This document shows, one piece after another, positions 27,833 through 36,591 of a DNA stretch of 64,000 nucleotides. Source of the DNA: Vicinamibacterales bacterium (GTDB lineage: Bacteria; Acidobacteriota; Vicinamibacteria; Vicinamibacterales; 2-12-FULL-66-21); contig DATHTE010000133.1 of the NCBI GenBank assembly GCA_035463475.1, forward strand, positions 97,297 through 161,296, read 5' to 3'. A program made the translations under genes and the position numbers. Position 1 is the first letter of the stretch, and each line of letters begins with the position of its first letter. A model generated the notes under the pieces. It worked only from the letters and a program-made list of their open reading frames with translations, was not told where the DNA came from and did no database searches.

Positions 27833-29968
27833 CTACTCCGCCCGCAGCAGCCGCAGGCTGTTCGCGATGACGACGAGCGATGCGCCCATGTCGGCGACGA
27901 CGGCCATCCACAGCGTGGCCAGTCCCGCGATGGCGAGAACGAGGAACGCGGCCTTCAGCGTGAGCGAGAACACGATGTTCGCGCGCATGTTGCGGAGCGT
28001 CGCGCGGCTCAACCGCAGGGCGTAGGGAATCTTCAACAGTTCGTCCGCCATCAGCGCGACGTCCGCCGTCTCGAGCGCGGCGTCGGTGCCCGCCGCACCC
28101 ATCGCGATGCCCACGTCGGCCGCCGCGAGCGCGGGGGCGTCATTCACACCGTCGCCGACCATCGCGACGACGCCGTGCGTCGCCTTGAGACGCCGGACCA
28201 CCTCCACCTTGTTCTCCGGCAGCAGCTCGGCGCAGACCTCGTCAATCCGCAAGTCGGACGCGAGGGCGCGTGCGGTGGCCTCGTTGTCCCCCGTGAGCAG
28301 CGCCACGTGCCGGACGCCCTGTCCACGCAGCAATTCGACCGCGTCTTGCGCCGCCTCGCGCGTCTCGTCGGCGACGGCAATGATCCCCGCCACGCCGCCG
28401 TCGCGCGCGACCAACACCGCGGTGCGCGCCGCGGCGGACAGCCGCGCCACCTCGGCGTCCACCGCCGGCGAACACCATCCCCGTTCCTCGATGAGCCGGT
28501 GGCTGCCGATGAATGCCGGCGCGCCGTTCACGATCGCCTGCGCGCCCAGCCCCGGCAGCGCTTCGAACCGTTCCGCCGGCATCGCCCGGATGTTCTGCGC
28601 CGTCGCGTGCCGCACGATCGCGTCGGCGATCGGGTGCTCCGACCGACCCTCGAGCGATGCCGCGAGCGCCAGCACGTCGCGCGCCCCGGCGCCGTTGACC
28701 GGCACGACCTCCACGACGTTGACGCGCCCCCGCGTCAGCGTCCCCGTCTTGTCGAACGCGACGCATGTGACCTCTCCGGTGCGCTCCAGGTGAACGCCGC
28801 CCTTGATGAGCACGCCGCGCCGCGCCGCGCCGGCGAGCGCCGAGACAATCGACACGGGAGTCGAGATGACGAGCGCGCACGGGCACGAGATCACGAGCAG
28901 CACGAGCGCCCGGTAGAACCACTGCGCGAACGAACCGCCGCCCGCCAGCGGCGGCACAATCGCGACCAGCACGGCCAGCGCCAGCACGATGGGCGTATAG
29001 ACCCGCGCGAAGCGGTCGATGAAGGTCTGCGTGGGCGCGCGCTGCGCCTGCGCGCGCTCCACCAGGTGGATGATGCGCGCGAGCGTCGTGTCGCGCCGCG
29101 GCCGGCCGACGACGATCTCGAGCGCGCCGCGCCCGTTGATCGTCCCTGCGAACACCTCGTCGCCAGCCGACTTGTCCACCGGCAGCGATTCGCCCGTGAC
29201 GGGCGCCTGGTTGACGAAGCTGCTGCCCGCGTCCACGTGACCGTCAACCGGGATCTTCTCACCGGGCCTGACGATGACCCGGTCCCCCACCCGCACGTCG
29301 TCGGCCGAGATGCGCAGTTCGCGCCCGTCCCGCCGCACGAGCGCGTCGGCAGGCGTGAGGTCCATCAGCGCGCGGATCGCGCCGCGCGCGCGGTCCATGC
29401 TGCGGGCCTCGAGCAGTTGGGCGAGCGCGAACAGGAAGACGACCGTCGCCGCTTCGAACCACTCGCCGATGAGCACGGCGCCGGCCACCGCGACGAGCAT
29501 CAGCACGTTGATGTCGAGCACGCGGTTGCGAGCGGACGTGAAGGCCCGCCGCGCCACCGTGGCGCCGCTGGCCAGGGTCGCGGCCGCCAGCAACACGAGC
29601 TGAAGCACGGGCCAGGCGTCTGCCACATAGGCCACCCCGGCCACCGCAAGCGCGCCGCCCGAACCGAGGACGAGCCACTGCCGCCAGCGCAGCGACCCGG
29701 CGGGTACGACCGGCTCCTCGTGCTCGAGCCAGGCGCGCATGCCCGTCTGCGCCACCGCCTCGGCGATGACGGCCGCCGACACGCGCGCGGCGTCGTATTT
29801 CACGCGCATGCGCTGGGCAAGCACGTCGGCGTCGAGGGACTCGATCCCCTCCAGCCGCTTCAGCCGGCGCTGGAGGATCGCGACCTCCTCGTGACAGTCC
29901 ATGCCCTCGACCTTGAACGTCGATTCGGCGTGGACCTCGCAGATCTCGCAGGCGGCGGCGCGGGCCAT
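27833..29968 (-). CDS. heavy-metal-translocating P1B-type ATPase (Zn/Cd/Pb-type CPC pump)
   Basis: 711 aa; N-terminal HMA-like domain, SCPCALVISTP, DKTGTLT, GDGVNDAPAL motifs. Confidence 0.9.
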   Translation of the reverse strand: MARAAACEICEVHAESTFKVEGMDCHEEVAILQRRLKRLEGIESLDADVLAQRMRVKYDAARVSAAVIAEAVAQTGMRAWLEHEEPVVPAGSLRWRQWLVLGSGGALAVAGVAYVADAWPVLQLVLLAAATLASGATVARRAFTSARNRVLDINVLMLVAVAGAVLIGEWFEAATVVFLFALAQLLEARSMDRARGAIRALMDLTPADALVRRDGRELRISADDVRVGDRVIVRPGEKIPVDGHVDAGSSFVNQAPVTGESLPVDKSAGDEVFAGTINGRGALEIVVGRPRRDTTLARIIHLVERAQAQRAPTQTFIDRFARVYTPIVLALAVLVAIVPPLAGGGSFAQWFYRALVLLVISCPCALVISTPVSIVSALAGAARRGVLIKGGVHLERTGEVTCVAFDKTGTLTRGRVNVVEVVPVNGAGARDVLALAASLEGRSEHPIADAIVRHATAQNIRAMPAERFEALPGLGAQAIVNGAPAFIGSHRLIEERGWCSPAVDAEVARLSAAARTAVLVARDGGVAGIIAVADETREAAQDAVELLRGQGVRHVALLTGDNEATARALASDLRIDEVCAELLPENKVEVVRRLKATHGVVAMVGDGVNDAPALAAADVGIAMGAAGTDAALETADVALMADELLKIPYALRLSRATLRNMRANIVFSLTLKAAFLVLAIAGLATLWMAVVADMGASLVVIANSLRLLRAE

Positions 29969-30367
29969 CTACGCCCTCCGCGCCCGGCTCGCCTGCGCGC
30001 GCTCGGCCACGTGGCGGCTGGCCTGGTGGAAGAGGCTGATGATGTGGCGGTCGTCGAGCGCGTAGAAGATCATCCGACCCGCGCGGCGCGACCGAACCAG
30101 CCGCATGTTCCGCAGCAGCCGCAACTGGTGCGACACCGCCGACTCCGACAGCCCCACGAGGGCCGCCAGGTCGCAGACGCACAGTTCATCGCGCGAGAGC
30201 GCGTCGAGAATCCTCACCCGCGTCACGTCGCCGAGCACCTTGAAGGTTTCAGCCAGCTCGCCGGCGGCCTCGGGGGGTACCAGCGCGGCCCGCGCGGCCC
30301 TGACGCGCTCGGGGTTCAGGTGGGTGACGTCGCAGAGGTCTGGATCTTTAGCCACGGACACCTGCAC
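29969..30367 (-). CDS. ArsR/SmtB-family metal-sensing transcriptional repressor
   Basis: 132 aa, GTG start; ELCVCDLA metal site and wHTH SESAVSHQLRLLR; abuts the ATPase start. Confidence 0.88.
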   Translation of the reverse strand: MQVSVAKDPDLCDVTHLNPERVRAARAALVPPEAAGELAETFKVLGDVTRVRILDALSRDELCVCDLAALVGLSESAVSHQLRLLRNMRLVRSRRAGRMIFYALDDRHIISLFHQASRHVAERAQASRARRA

Positions 30368-30440
30368 ATGTGCTCATATATCCAGTATATCCGAACCCAT
30401 CTTTCTGCTACTAATTAGAGATCCACAGGGGGATTGAACG

Positions 30441-31439
30441 GTGATTGAGGTCCAGCACCTGACCAAGCGCTACGGCCCCGTGACGGCCGTGGACGACATC
30501 AGCTTCCGCGTCGAACGCGGCGAAATCCTCGGCTTCCTCGGCCCAAACGGCGCCGGCAAGACCACGACCATGCGCATCCTGACCGGCTACATACCGGCGA
30601 CCGACGGGCGCGCGACGGTGGCCGGCTATGACGTGTTCGACCAGCCGATCGAGGCCAAGCGGCGCACCGGCTACCTGCCGGAAACGCCCCCGCTCTACCC
30701 GGACATGACCGTGCGCGAGTATCTCAACTTCGTCGCGCGCATCAAGGGCGTGCCCGCCGCGCAGCGGAACACCCGCGTCGCCGCGGCGATGGAGCGCACG
30801 CGCGTGGCCGACGTGGCGGGGCGGCACTGCGCCAAGCTCTCGAAGGGCTACCGCCAGCGCGTCGGCCTGGCGCAGGCCATCATTCACAATCCCGAGGTGC
30901 TGATCCTCGACGAGCCGACCGCCGGGCTCGACCCCAAGCAGATCATCGAGACGCGCGAGCTGATCCGCAGCCTCGCCGGCGATCACACGGTGATCCTCAG
31001 CACGCACATCCTGCCGGAGGTCGCGCACACCTGCCAGCGGATCGTCATCATCAACAAGGGGCGCGTGGTCGCGGTGGACACACCCGATAACCTCACCGCG
31101 CGCCTGCGGGGGACCGAAGCGATGTACGTGCAGGTGGACGGCGGCGGCACGGACGCCGCGCGCGCGCTCGAGGTCGTGCCGGGTGTCACGCGGGTGACGC
31201 TCGCGGACCAGCGCAACGGCGTGTCGGGGTACGAAGTGGAGAGCGCAAAGGGGCAGGACGTCCGGCGCGACCTGGCGCGGACGATCGTGTCGCGCGGATG
31301 GGGCCTGCTCGAACTGCGGCCGCTCCGCATGAGCCTGGAAGAGATCTTCCTGCACCTGACCACCGAGGACGCGGCAGAGGACTCCACCGCTTCGACCGAC
31401 GCCCCGGCGCCGTCCGCTCCGGAGGTGGGGCATGCGTAA
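30441..31439 (+). CDS. ABC transporter ATP-binding protein (GldA-like, ABC-2 type)
   Basis: 332 aa, GTG start; Walker A GPNGAGKTT, signature LSKGYRQR, Walker B LILDEPT. Confidence 0.88.
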   Translation: MIEVQHLTKRYGPVTAVDDISFRVERGEILGFLGPNGAGKTTTMRILTGYIPATDGRATVAGYDVFDQPIEAKRRTGYLPETPPLYPDMTVREYLNFVARIKGVPAAQRNTRVAAAMERTRVADVAGRHCAKLSKGYRQRVGLAQAIIHNPEVLILDEPTAGLDPKQIIETRELIRSLAGDHTVILSTHILPEVAHTCQRIVIINKGRVVAVDTPDNLTARLRGTEAMYVQVDGGGTDAARALEVVPGVTRVTLADQRNGVSGYEVESAKGQDVRRDLARTIVSRGWGLLELRPLRMSLEEIFLHLTTEDAAEDSTASTDAPAPSAPEVGHA

Positions 31440-32199
31440 CACGCTCGCGATTGCCGGAAAGGAGCTGCGCTCCTACTTTGCCTCGCCGGTGGCGTACATC
31501 ATCACCGGCCTGTTCGCCATCGCGTTCGCCTTCTTCTTCGTCAACACGGTTGCGTGGTTCGTGCAGCGCAGCATGGGCATGGACCAGTTCGGGGGCGGCC
31601 AGCCCGTCAACGTCAACCAGGACGTGATCAGGTTCGTCCTGAGCCAGGCGGCCGTGCTGATGCTCTTTCTCCTGCCGATGATCACGATGCGCACGTACGC
31701 GGAGGAGAAACGCTCCGGAACGATGGAGCTGCTCCTGACCTCGCCGCTCACCGACGTGCAGATAATCCTGGGTAAGTTCCTCGGCGCGCTGGCGCTGTAC
31801 GCGGGGATGCTGTTCGTGACGGCGCTCTACATCGGCATGCTCTACAAGTTCGGGCGGCCCGAGGTGAAGCCGCTGATTGCAGCGTATCTCGGCCTGCTGC
31901 TCCTCGGCGGCGCCTTCATCTCCGTGGGGCTGTTCATCTCGAGCCTGACCAGGAACCAGATCGTGGCCGCGGTCGGCACCTTCACGCTCGCGTTGATGCT
32001 GTGGATCATCGACTGGGTCGGCGACCAGGCTGGACCGACCACGCGCGAGATCGTGTCGTATCTCTCGATCACGAAACATTTCGAGGACTTCTCGAAAGGG
32101 GTCATCGACACGAAGCACGTGGTCTATTACCTGAGCTTCATCACGTTCGGCCTCTTCCTCACGGCGAAGTCGGTCGACACGGAACGCTGGAGAGGGTGA
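31432..32199 (+). CDS. ABC-2 type transporter permease (GldF-like)
   Basis: 255 aa, six TM helices, overlaps the ATPase gene end. Confidence 0.8.
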   Translation: MRNTLAIAGKELRSYFASPVAYIITGLFAIAFAFFFVNTVAWFVQRSMGMDQFGGGQPVNVNQDVIRFVLSQAAVLMLFLLPMITMRTYAEEKRSGTMELLLTSPLTDVQIILGKFLGALALYAGMLFVTALYIGMLYKFGRPEVKPLIAAYLGLLLLGGAFISVGLFISSLTRNQIVAAVGTFTLALMLWIIDWVGDQAGPTTREIVSYLSITKHFEDFSKGVIDTKHVVYYLSFITFGLFLTAKSVDTERWRG

Positions 32200-32200
32200 C

Positions 32201-33772
32201 GTGCTCAAGCGCATTCTGAATCTGATCGGATGGCTCGGCGCGGCGCTCGTGCTGGCCGCGGTGGCGCTTTCGCTGCTCAGGCCCGAACTGGTCACCTGGC
32301 GGAAGGGGCTGGCTATCGCCGGCCTGGTTTGCACGCTGCTCTACATGCTCAGCCAGTGGCGCGAGATCGGCCGGAGCCTGGCGCGGCGGCAGGTCCGTTA
32401 CAGCGCCGTGTCGGCGGGCAGCGTCGTCGTCGTGCTGCTGATTCTCGCGGGCATCAACTACATCGCCAACCGGCAGTCCAAGCGGTGGGACCTGACGGCC
32501 GGCGGGCAGTACACACTGTCGGACCAGACGAAGAAGATCCTGGGCAGCCTCAAGCAGCCCATGAAAGTGCGCGTGTTCGCAACCTCCCAGGCGGAGGGGC
32601 CGCTGCGCGATCGCCTGACGGAGTACGCCGGCGAGACCCGAAACCTGTCGATCGAATACATCGATCCGTTGAAGCACCCGGAGCTCGCGGGACAGTACCA
32701 GGTGCAACAGGACGGCACCGTGGTGTTCGACTACAACGGGCGCGTGGAGCGGGCGACCTCGCCGAGCGAACAGGACCTGACCAACGCCATCGTCAAGGCG
32801 GTTCAGGGAGAGCAGAAGAAGGTCTACTTCGTGCAGGGCCACGGCGAGAAGGACACCGGCAGCTCGGAACGCAGCGGCTACAGTGGCGTGTCCGACGCGC
32901 TCCGCGGAGACAACTTCACGATCGAGCGGATCGTGCTCGCGCAGCAGACCTCCGTCCCCGCCGACGCGGCCGTCGTCGTCGTCGCCGGGCCGCGCACCGA
33001 TTACCTGCCCGCGGAGATCGACATGCTGCGCGCGTATCTCCGCAAGGGAGGCAAGGTCCTCCTGATGCTCGATCCGCCGGAACGGAATGACAGTCCCGCG
33101 CAGCCAAACCTCGTCGCGCTGGCGCGCGAATGGGGCGTGGAGGTCGGCAGCAACGTGGTGGTGGACCTGAGCCCCGCGGGACGGCTGCTCGGCACGGGCC
33201 CGTCGGTGCCCGTCGCGGCGAGCTATCCGTCGCACCCCATCAACGATCGCATGGAAGTGCTCACCGCGTACCCGCTCGCGCGATCGATCGCGCCCGTCTC
33301 GGGCGGCGTCAACGGCCACGTCGCGCAGGCGATCGTCGAGACGAGCGCCAACAGCTGGGCAGAGACCGACCTGAAGGGGCTGCTCACGAGCGGCGAGGCG
33401 CGGCGCGAGGAGAACACCGGCGACAAGCCTGGCCCCGTGGCGCTCGCCGCCGCCGTGTCTGCGCAGGCGCCGGAGGCCCCTGCTCCGGCTGAGGGGCAGA
33501 GCAAGCCCGAAACGAGAGTGGTGGTGTTCGGCGACTCCGACTTCGCGTCGAACGTCGCCCTCGGCGTGCAGGGCAACCGCGACTTCTTCCTGAACACCGT
33601 CAACTGGCTCGCGCAGCACGAGGACATGATCGCGATTCGCAGCAAGGAGCCCAGCGACCGGCGCCTGACAATGACCGCCGGCGAGCAGCGGGCGCTGGTC
33701 CTGCTATCGCTGCTCGTCATCCCCGGGCTCATCATCATCGCGGGCGTGCACGCCTGGTGGCGGAGGCGTTAG
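32201..33772 (+). CDS. GldG-family ABC-transport auxiliary protein
   Basis: 523 aa, N- and C-terminal TM anchors with a large periplasmic domain; order ATPase-permease-GldG-DUF4340 is the usual arrangement. Confidence 0.75.
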   Translation: MLKRILNLIGWLGAALVLAAVALSLLRPELVTWRKGLAIAGLVCTLLYMLSQWREIGRSLARRQVRYSAVSAGSVVVVLLILAGINYIANRQSKRWDLTAGGQYTLSDQTKKILGSLKQPMKVRVFATSQAEGPLRDRLTEYAGETRNLSIEYIDPLKHPELAGQYQVQQDGTVVFDYNGRVERATSPSEQDLTNAIVKAVQGEQKKVYFVQGHGEKDTGSSERSGYSGVSDALRGDNFTIERIVLAQQTSVPADAAVVVVAGPRTDYLPAEIDMLRAYLRKGGKVLLMLDPPERNDSPAQPNLVALAREWGVEVGSNVVVDLSPAGRLLGTGPSVPVAASYPSHPINDRMEVLTAYPLARSIAPVSGGVNGHVAQAIVETSANSWAETDLKGLLTSGEARREENTGDKPGPVALAAAVSAQAPEAPAPAEGQSKPETRVVVFGDSDFASNVALGVQGNRDFFLNTVNWLAQHEDMIAIRSKEPSDRRLTMTAGEQRALVLLSLLVIPGLIIIAGVHAWWRRR

Positions 33773-35125
33773 ATGCGGCGCGAGCGCTCGTTCCTGATCC
33801 TGGTGGTGCTCGGGATCGCGCTAGGCGCGTACATCTACTTCGTCGAGCGCAAGCGTCCCGCGTCTGACGAGCCCGAGCAGAAGGCGAAGGTGTTCGAAAA
33901 CGTCCAGGAGGCGGAGGTCGAAGAGATCGTCGTGACCGCGCAGGACGCCACCACCCGGCTGAAGAAGGCCGGCGACTCGTGGCAGATCGTCGAGCCGATC
34001 AAGGCCGACGCAGACCGCGAGCAGGTCAACAATCTCACGGGCAACTTCGCCACGCTGGAACGCAACGCCGTCGTGGACGAGAATCCGGCCAGCGTGAAGC
34101 AGTTCGGCCTGGATCCGCCGCGCGCCGACGTCTCGTTCCGAACCAGGGGCTCGAGCACGATGCGCCGCCTCCTGGTGGGAAACAAGGCGCCTGCCGGCGG
34201 CGACCTGTATGCGCAGGTGGGCGGCGAGAAGCGCGTCATCCTCATTTCGGGCTTCATGGACAACGTCTTCGCCAAGACGACGTTCGACCTCCGCGACAAG
34301 TCGGTCCTGCGGTTCGATCGTGACAAGACGGACGCGCTCGAGATCGTGTCGTCGGGCCGGAAGATGCGTCTCGTGCACTCGCCCACCGAGTGGCGAATGG
34401 CCGAACCGCTGCAGGTGAGGGCCGACTTCGGCACAGCCGAGGGAATCGTCGGTCGGCTGGCGACGACGCAGATGCGCTCGCTGGTGTCGAGCGAGGCGGA
34501 GCCGGCGCTGTTGAAGCAACATGGGCTGGCCGATCCGGCGCACACGGTGACGATCGTGAGCGGCAGCTCGCGGGCGTCGCTGCTGATCGGCTCGCCGGGG
34601 CCGGACGGCACGCTCTACGCGAAAGACGCGGCGCGCCCGCTCGTGTTCACCGTCGAGTCCTCCCTGGCTGACGATCTGAAGAAACCGCCGAGCGAGTTCC
34701 GCCGCAAGGACGTCTTCGACTTCCGGCCCTTCAACGCGACTCGCGTGGACATCGCCCGCGACGGCAAGACCTTCACCTTCGAGAAGGTCAAGGCGGACGA
34801 GAAGAGCGCGCCGGGCACCGTGAAGTGGCGGCAGACCGCGCCCGCCCCGCGCGATGTCGATCTCCAGAAGATGGACTCGCTCCTGTCGGCGTTCTCGAAC
34901 CTCCGGGCGGATTCGTGGGTTGACAAGGCGGCGGGGCTCGGGCTGGAACGCCCGCAGATCGCCTTCGCTGTCAGCTTCGACGACGGCAAGAAGCAGGAGC
35001 GGCTCTCGTTCGCGAAGCAGGGCGACGCCGCACACGTCGTGCGGGCGGACGAGCCTGGCGCGGCGAAGATCCCGACCACGGACTACGACGCCGCGGTGCG
35101 GGCGCTCGACGACGTGTTGAAATGA
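33773..35125 (+). CDS. DUF4340-domain protein
   Basis: 450 aa, single N-terminal TM helix, repeated beta-rich modules; conserved partner downstream of GldG-like genes. Confidence 0.65.
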   Translation: MRRERSFLILVVLGIALGAYIYFVERKRPASDEPEQKAKVFENVQEAEVEEIVVTAQDATTRLKKAGDSWQIVEPIKADADREQVNNLTGNFATLERNAVVDENPASVKQFGLDPPRADVSFRTRGSSTMRRLLVGNKAPAGGDLYAQVGGEKRVILISGFMDNVFAKTTFDLRDKSVLRFDRDKTDALEIVSSGRKMRLVHSPTEWRMAEPLQVRADFGTAEGIVGRLATTQMRSLVSSEAEPALLKQHGLADPAHTVTIVSGSSRASLLIGSPGPDGTLYAKDAARPLVFTVESSLADDLKKPPSEFRRKDVFDFRPFNATRVDIARDGKTFTFEKVKADEKSAPGTVKWRQTAPAPRDVDLQKMDSLLSAFSNLRADSWVDKAAGLGLERPQIAFAVSFDDGKKQERLSFAKQGDAAHVVRADEPGAAKIPTTDYDAAVRALDDVLK

Positions 35126-36591
35126 GCGGGGTCCGCGCGCGGCTCGCCCCGCTCGCCGCCGCCGTCCTGCTGGCGTCCGGAACGATCGGCGCGCAGCGCG
35201 CGCCCGATCGCGCGACCCTGCGCCGCGACATCGACGCCGTGATGGCGGCGCCCCTCCTGTCCCGCTCTCACTGGAGCATCCGCGTCAAGTCGCTGGATCG
35301 CGGCGACGTCATCTACGAGCAGAATCCCCGCAAGCTGGTGATGCCCGCGTCGAACATGAAGGTGTTCACGATGGCGGGTGCGGCCGAGCGTCTGGGATGG
35401 GACCACCGCTTCGAGACCACGCTCGAGACCGGCGCGCCGATCGCCGACGGCATGCTGCAGGGGGATCTCGTCGTGAGAGGCAGCGGCGATCCGACAATTG
35501 CGCTTCGAGATGATGTCGCCGTGCGGGCGTTCGATGACTGGGCGCGGCAGCTCCGCGACGCGGGCGTCTCGACGATCGCGGGCCGCATCGTGGGCAATGA
35601 CGATGCGATGGAGGATGAAGAGCTGGGGAACGGCTGGGCGTGGGACGACCTCGGCTACGGGTACGCCGCGCCGGTCACCGCGCTGGTGTTCAACGAGTCG
35701 CTCGTCCGCGTGAACGCGCGGCCCGGCACGCGCGCCGGCGACCCCGCGCTCATCGAACTCGTCCCGGCCGCGGGCCACGGGCTGACGATCGTGAACCGTG
35801 TCACGACGGGCGAGGCGACCGAGCCGGAGAGCTTCGCCGCACGCCGTGCGCGCGGATCCCCGGAGCTGGAGCTGGTGGGCCGCGTGCCGATGGCCAGCGA
35901 ACCTGTCGCGACGCTGACCGCATCGGTCGAGAACCCCACGCTGTATTTCGCGCGGTCGTTGCGCTCGGCGTTGATAGCGCGCGGCATCCGGGTCGAGGGG
36001 GACGCCGCCGACCAGGATCTGCTCCCGCCGTGGGACGCGATCCGGTCCGCCAGGCCGCTTCGCGTCCTGGCGCGCCATCGCTCAGCCCCGCTCACGGACA
36101 TCGGTCGGACGTTCATGAAAGTGAGCCAAAACCTCTACGGCGAGCTGCTCGTCAAGTCGATCGGCTCGGGCACGACCGCCGAAGGGCAACGTGCCGTCCG
36201 GGAGACGCTCGACCGGTGGGGGGTGCCGCGCGACGGCTATATCCTCGCGGACGGTTCGGGTCTGTCGCGGCTGAACTTCGTGTCCGCCGACGCGCTGGTG
36301 ACGATTCTCGAGCACCTCTACGCAGACCCGCGTCACCGCGAGCCCTTCCTGCAGGTGCTGCCGGTCGGCGGAACAGACGGGACGCTGCGCAACCGGCTCC
36401 GCGCGTCGTGGACGGCGGGGAACGTCCACGCGAAAACCGGCTCCATCACGAACGTCCGGGCACTGTCCGGGTACCTGAAGACCCGAAGTGGCGAGATGCT
36501 GGTGTTCTCGATCGTCGCGAACAACTTCAGCCTGCCGGCGTGGCGGATCGAGCGGGTGATTGATCTGATCGTGGAAATCGCTGCGCGATAG
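35122..36591 (+). CDS. dacB: D-alanyl-D-alanine carboxypeptidase/endopeptidase (PBP4, S13 family)
   Basis: 489 aa; signal peptide, PASNMK (SxxK), and HAKTGS (KTG) motifs. Confidence 0.85.
   Translation: MSGVRARLAPLAAAVLLASGTIGAQRAPDRATLRRDIDAVMAAPLLSRSHWSIRVKSLDRGDVIYEQNPRKLVMPASNMKVFTMAGAAERLGWDHRFETTLETGAPIADGMLQGDLVVRGSGDPTIALRDDVAVRAFDDWARQLRDAGVSTIAGRIVGNDDAMEDEELGNGWAWDDLGYGYAAPVTALVFNESLVRVNARPGTRAGDPALIELVPAAGHGLTIVNRVTTGEATEPESFAARRARGSPELELVGRVPMASEPVATLTASVENPTLYFARSLRSALIARGIRVEGDAADQDLLPPWDAIRSARPLRVLARHRSAPLTDIGRTFMKVSQNLYGELLVKSIGSGTTAEGQRAVRETLDRWGVPRDGYILADGSGLSRLNFVSADALVTILEHLYADPRHREPFLQVLPVGGTDGTLRNRLRASWTAGNVHAKTGSITNVRALSGYLKTRSGEMLVFSIVANNFSLPAWRIERVIDLIVEIAAR

Noticed and set aside
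28175-30418. 747-aa plus-strand ORF, and similar long ORFs at 704-2707, 38916-40907, 48620-50323 and 57884-59323
   Set aside because: All lie antisense to genes with strong family motifs and have Arg/His/Asp/Pro-dominated low-complexity composition. They are treated as GC-driven shadow ORFs.
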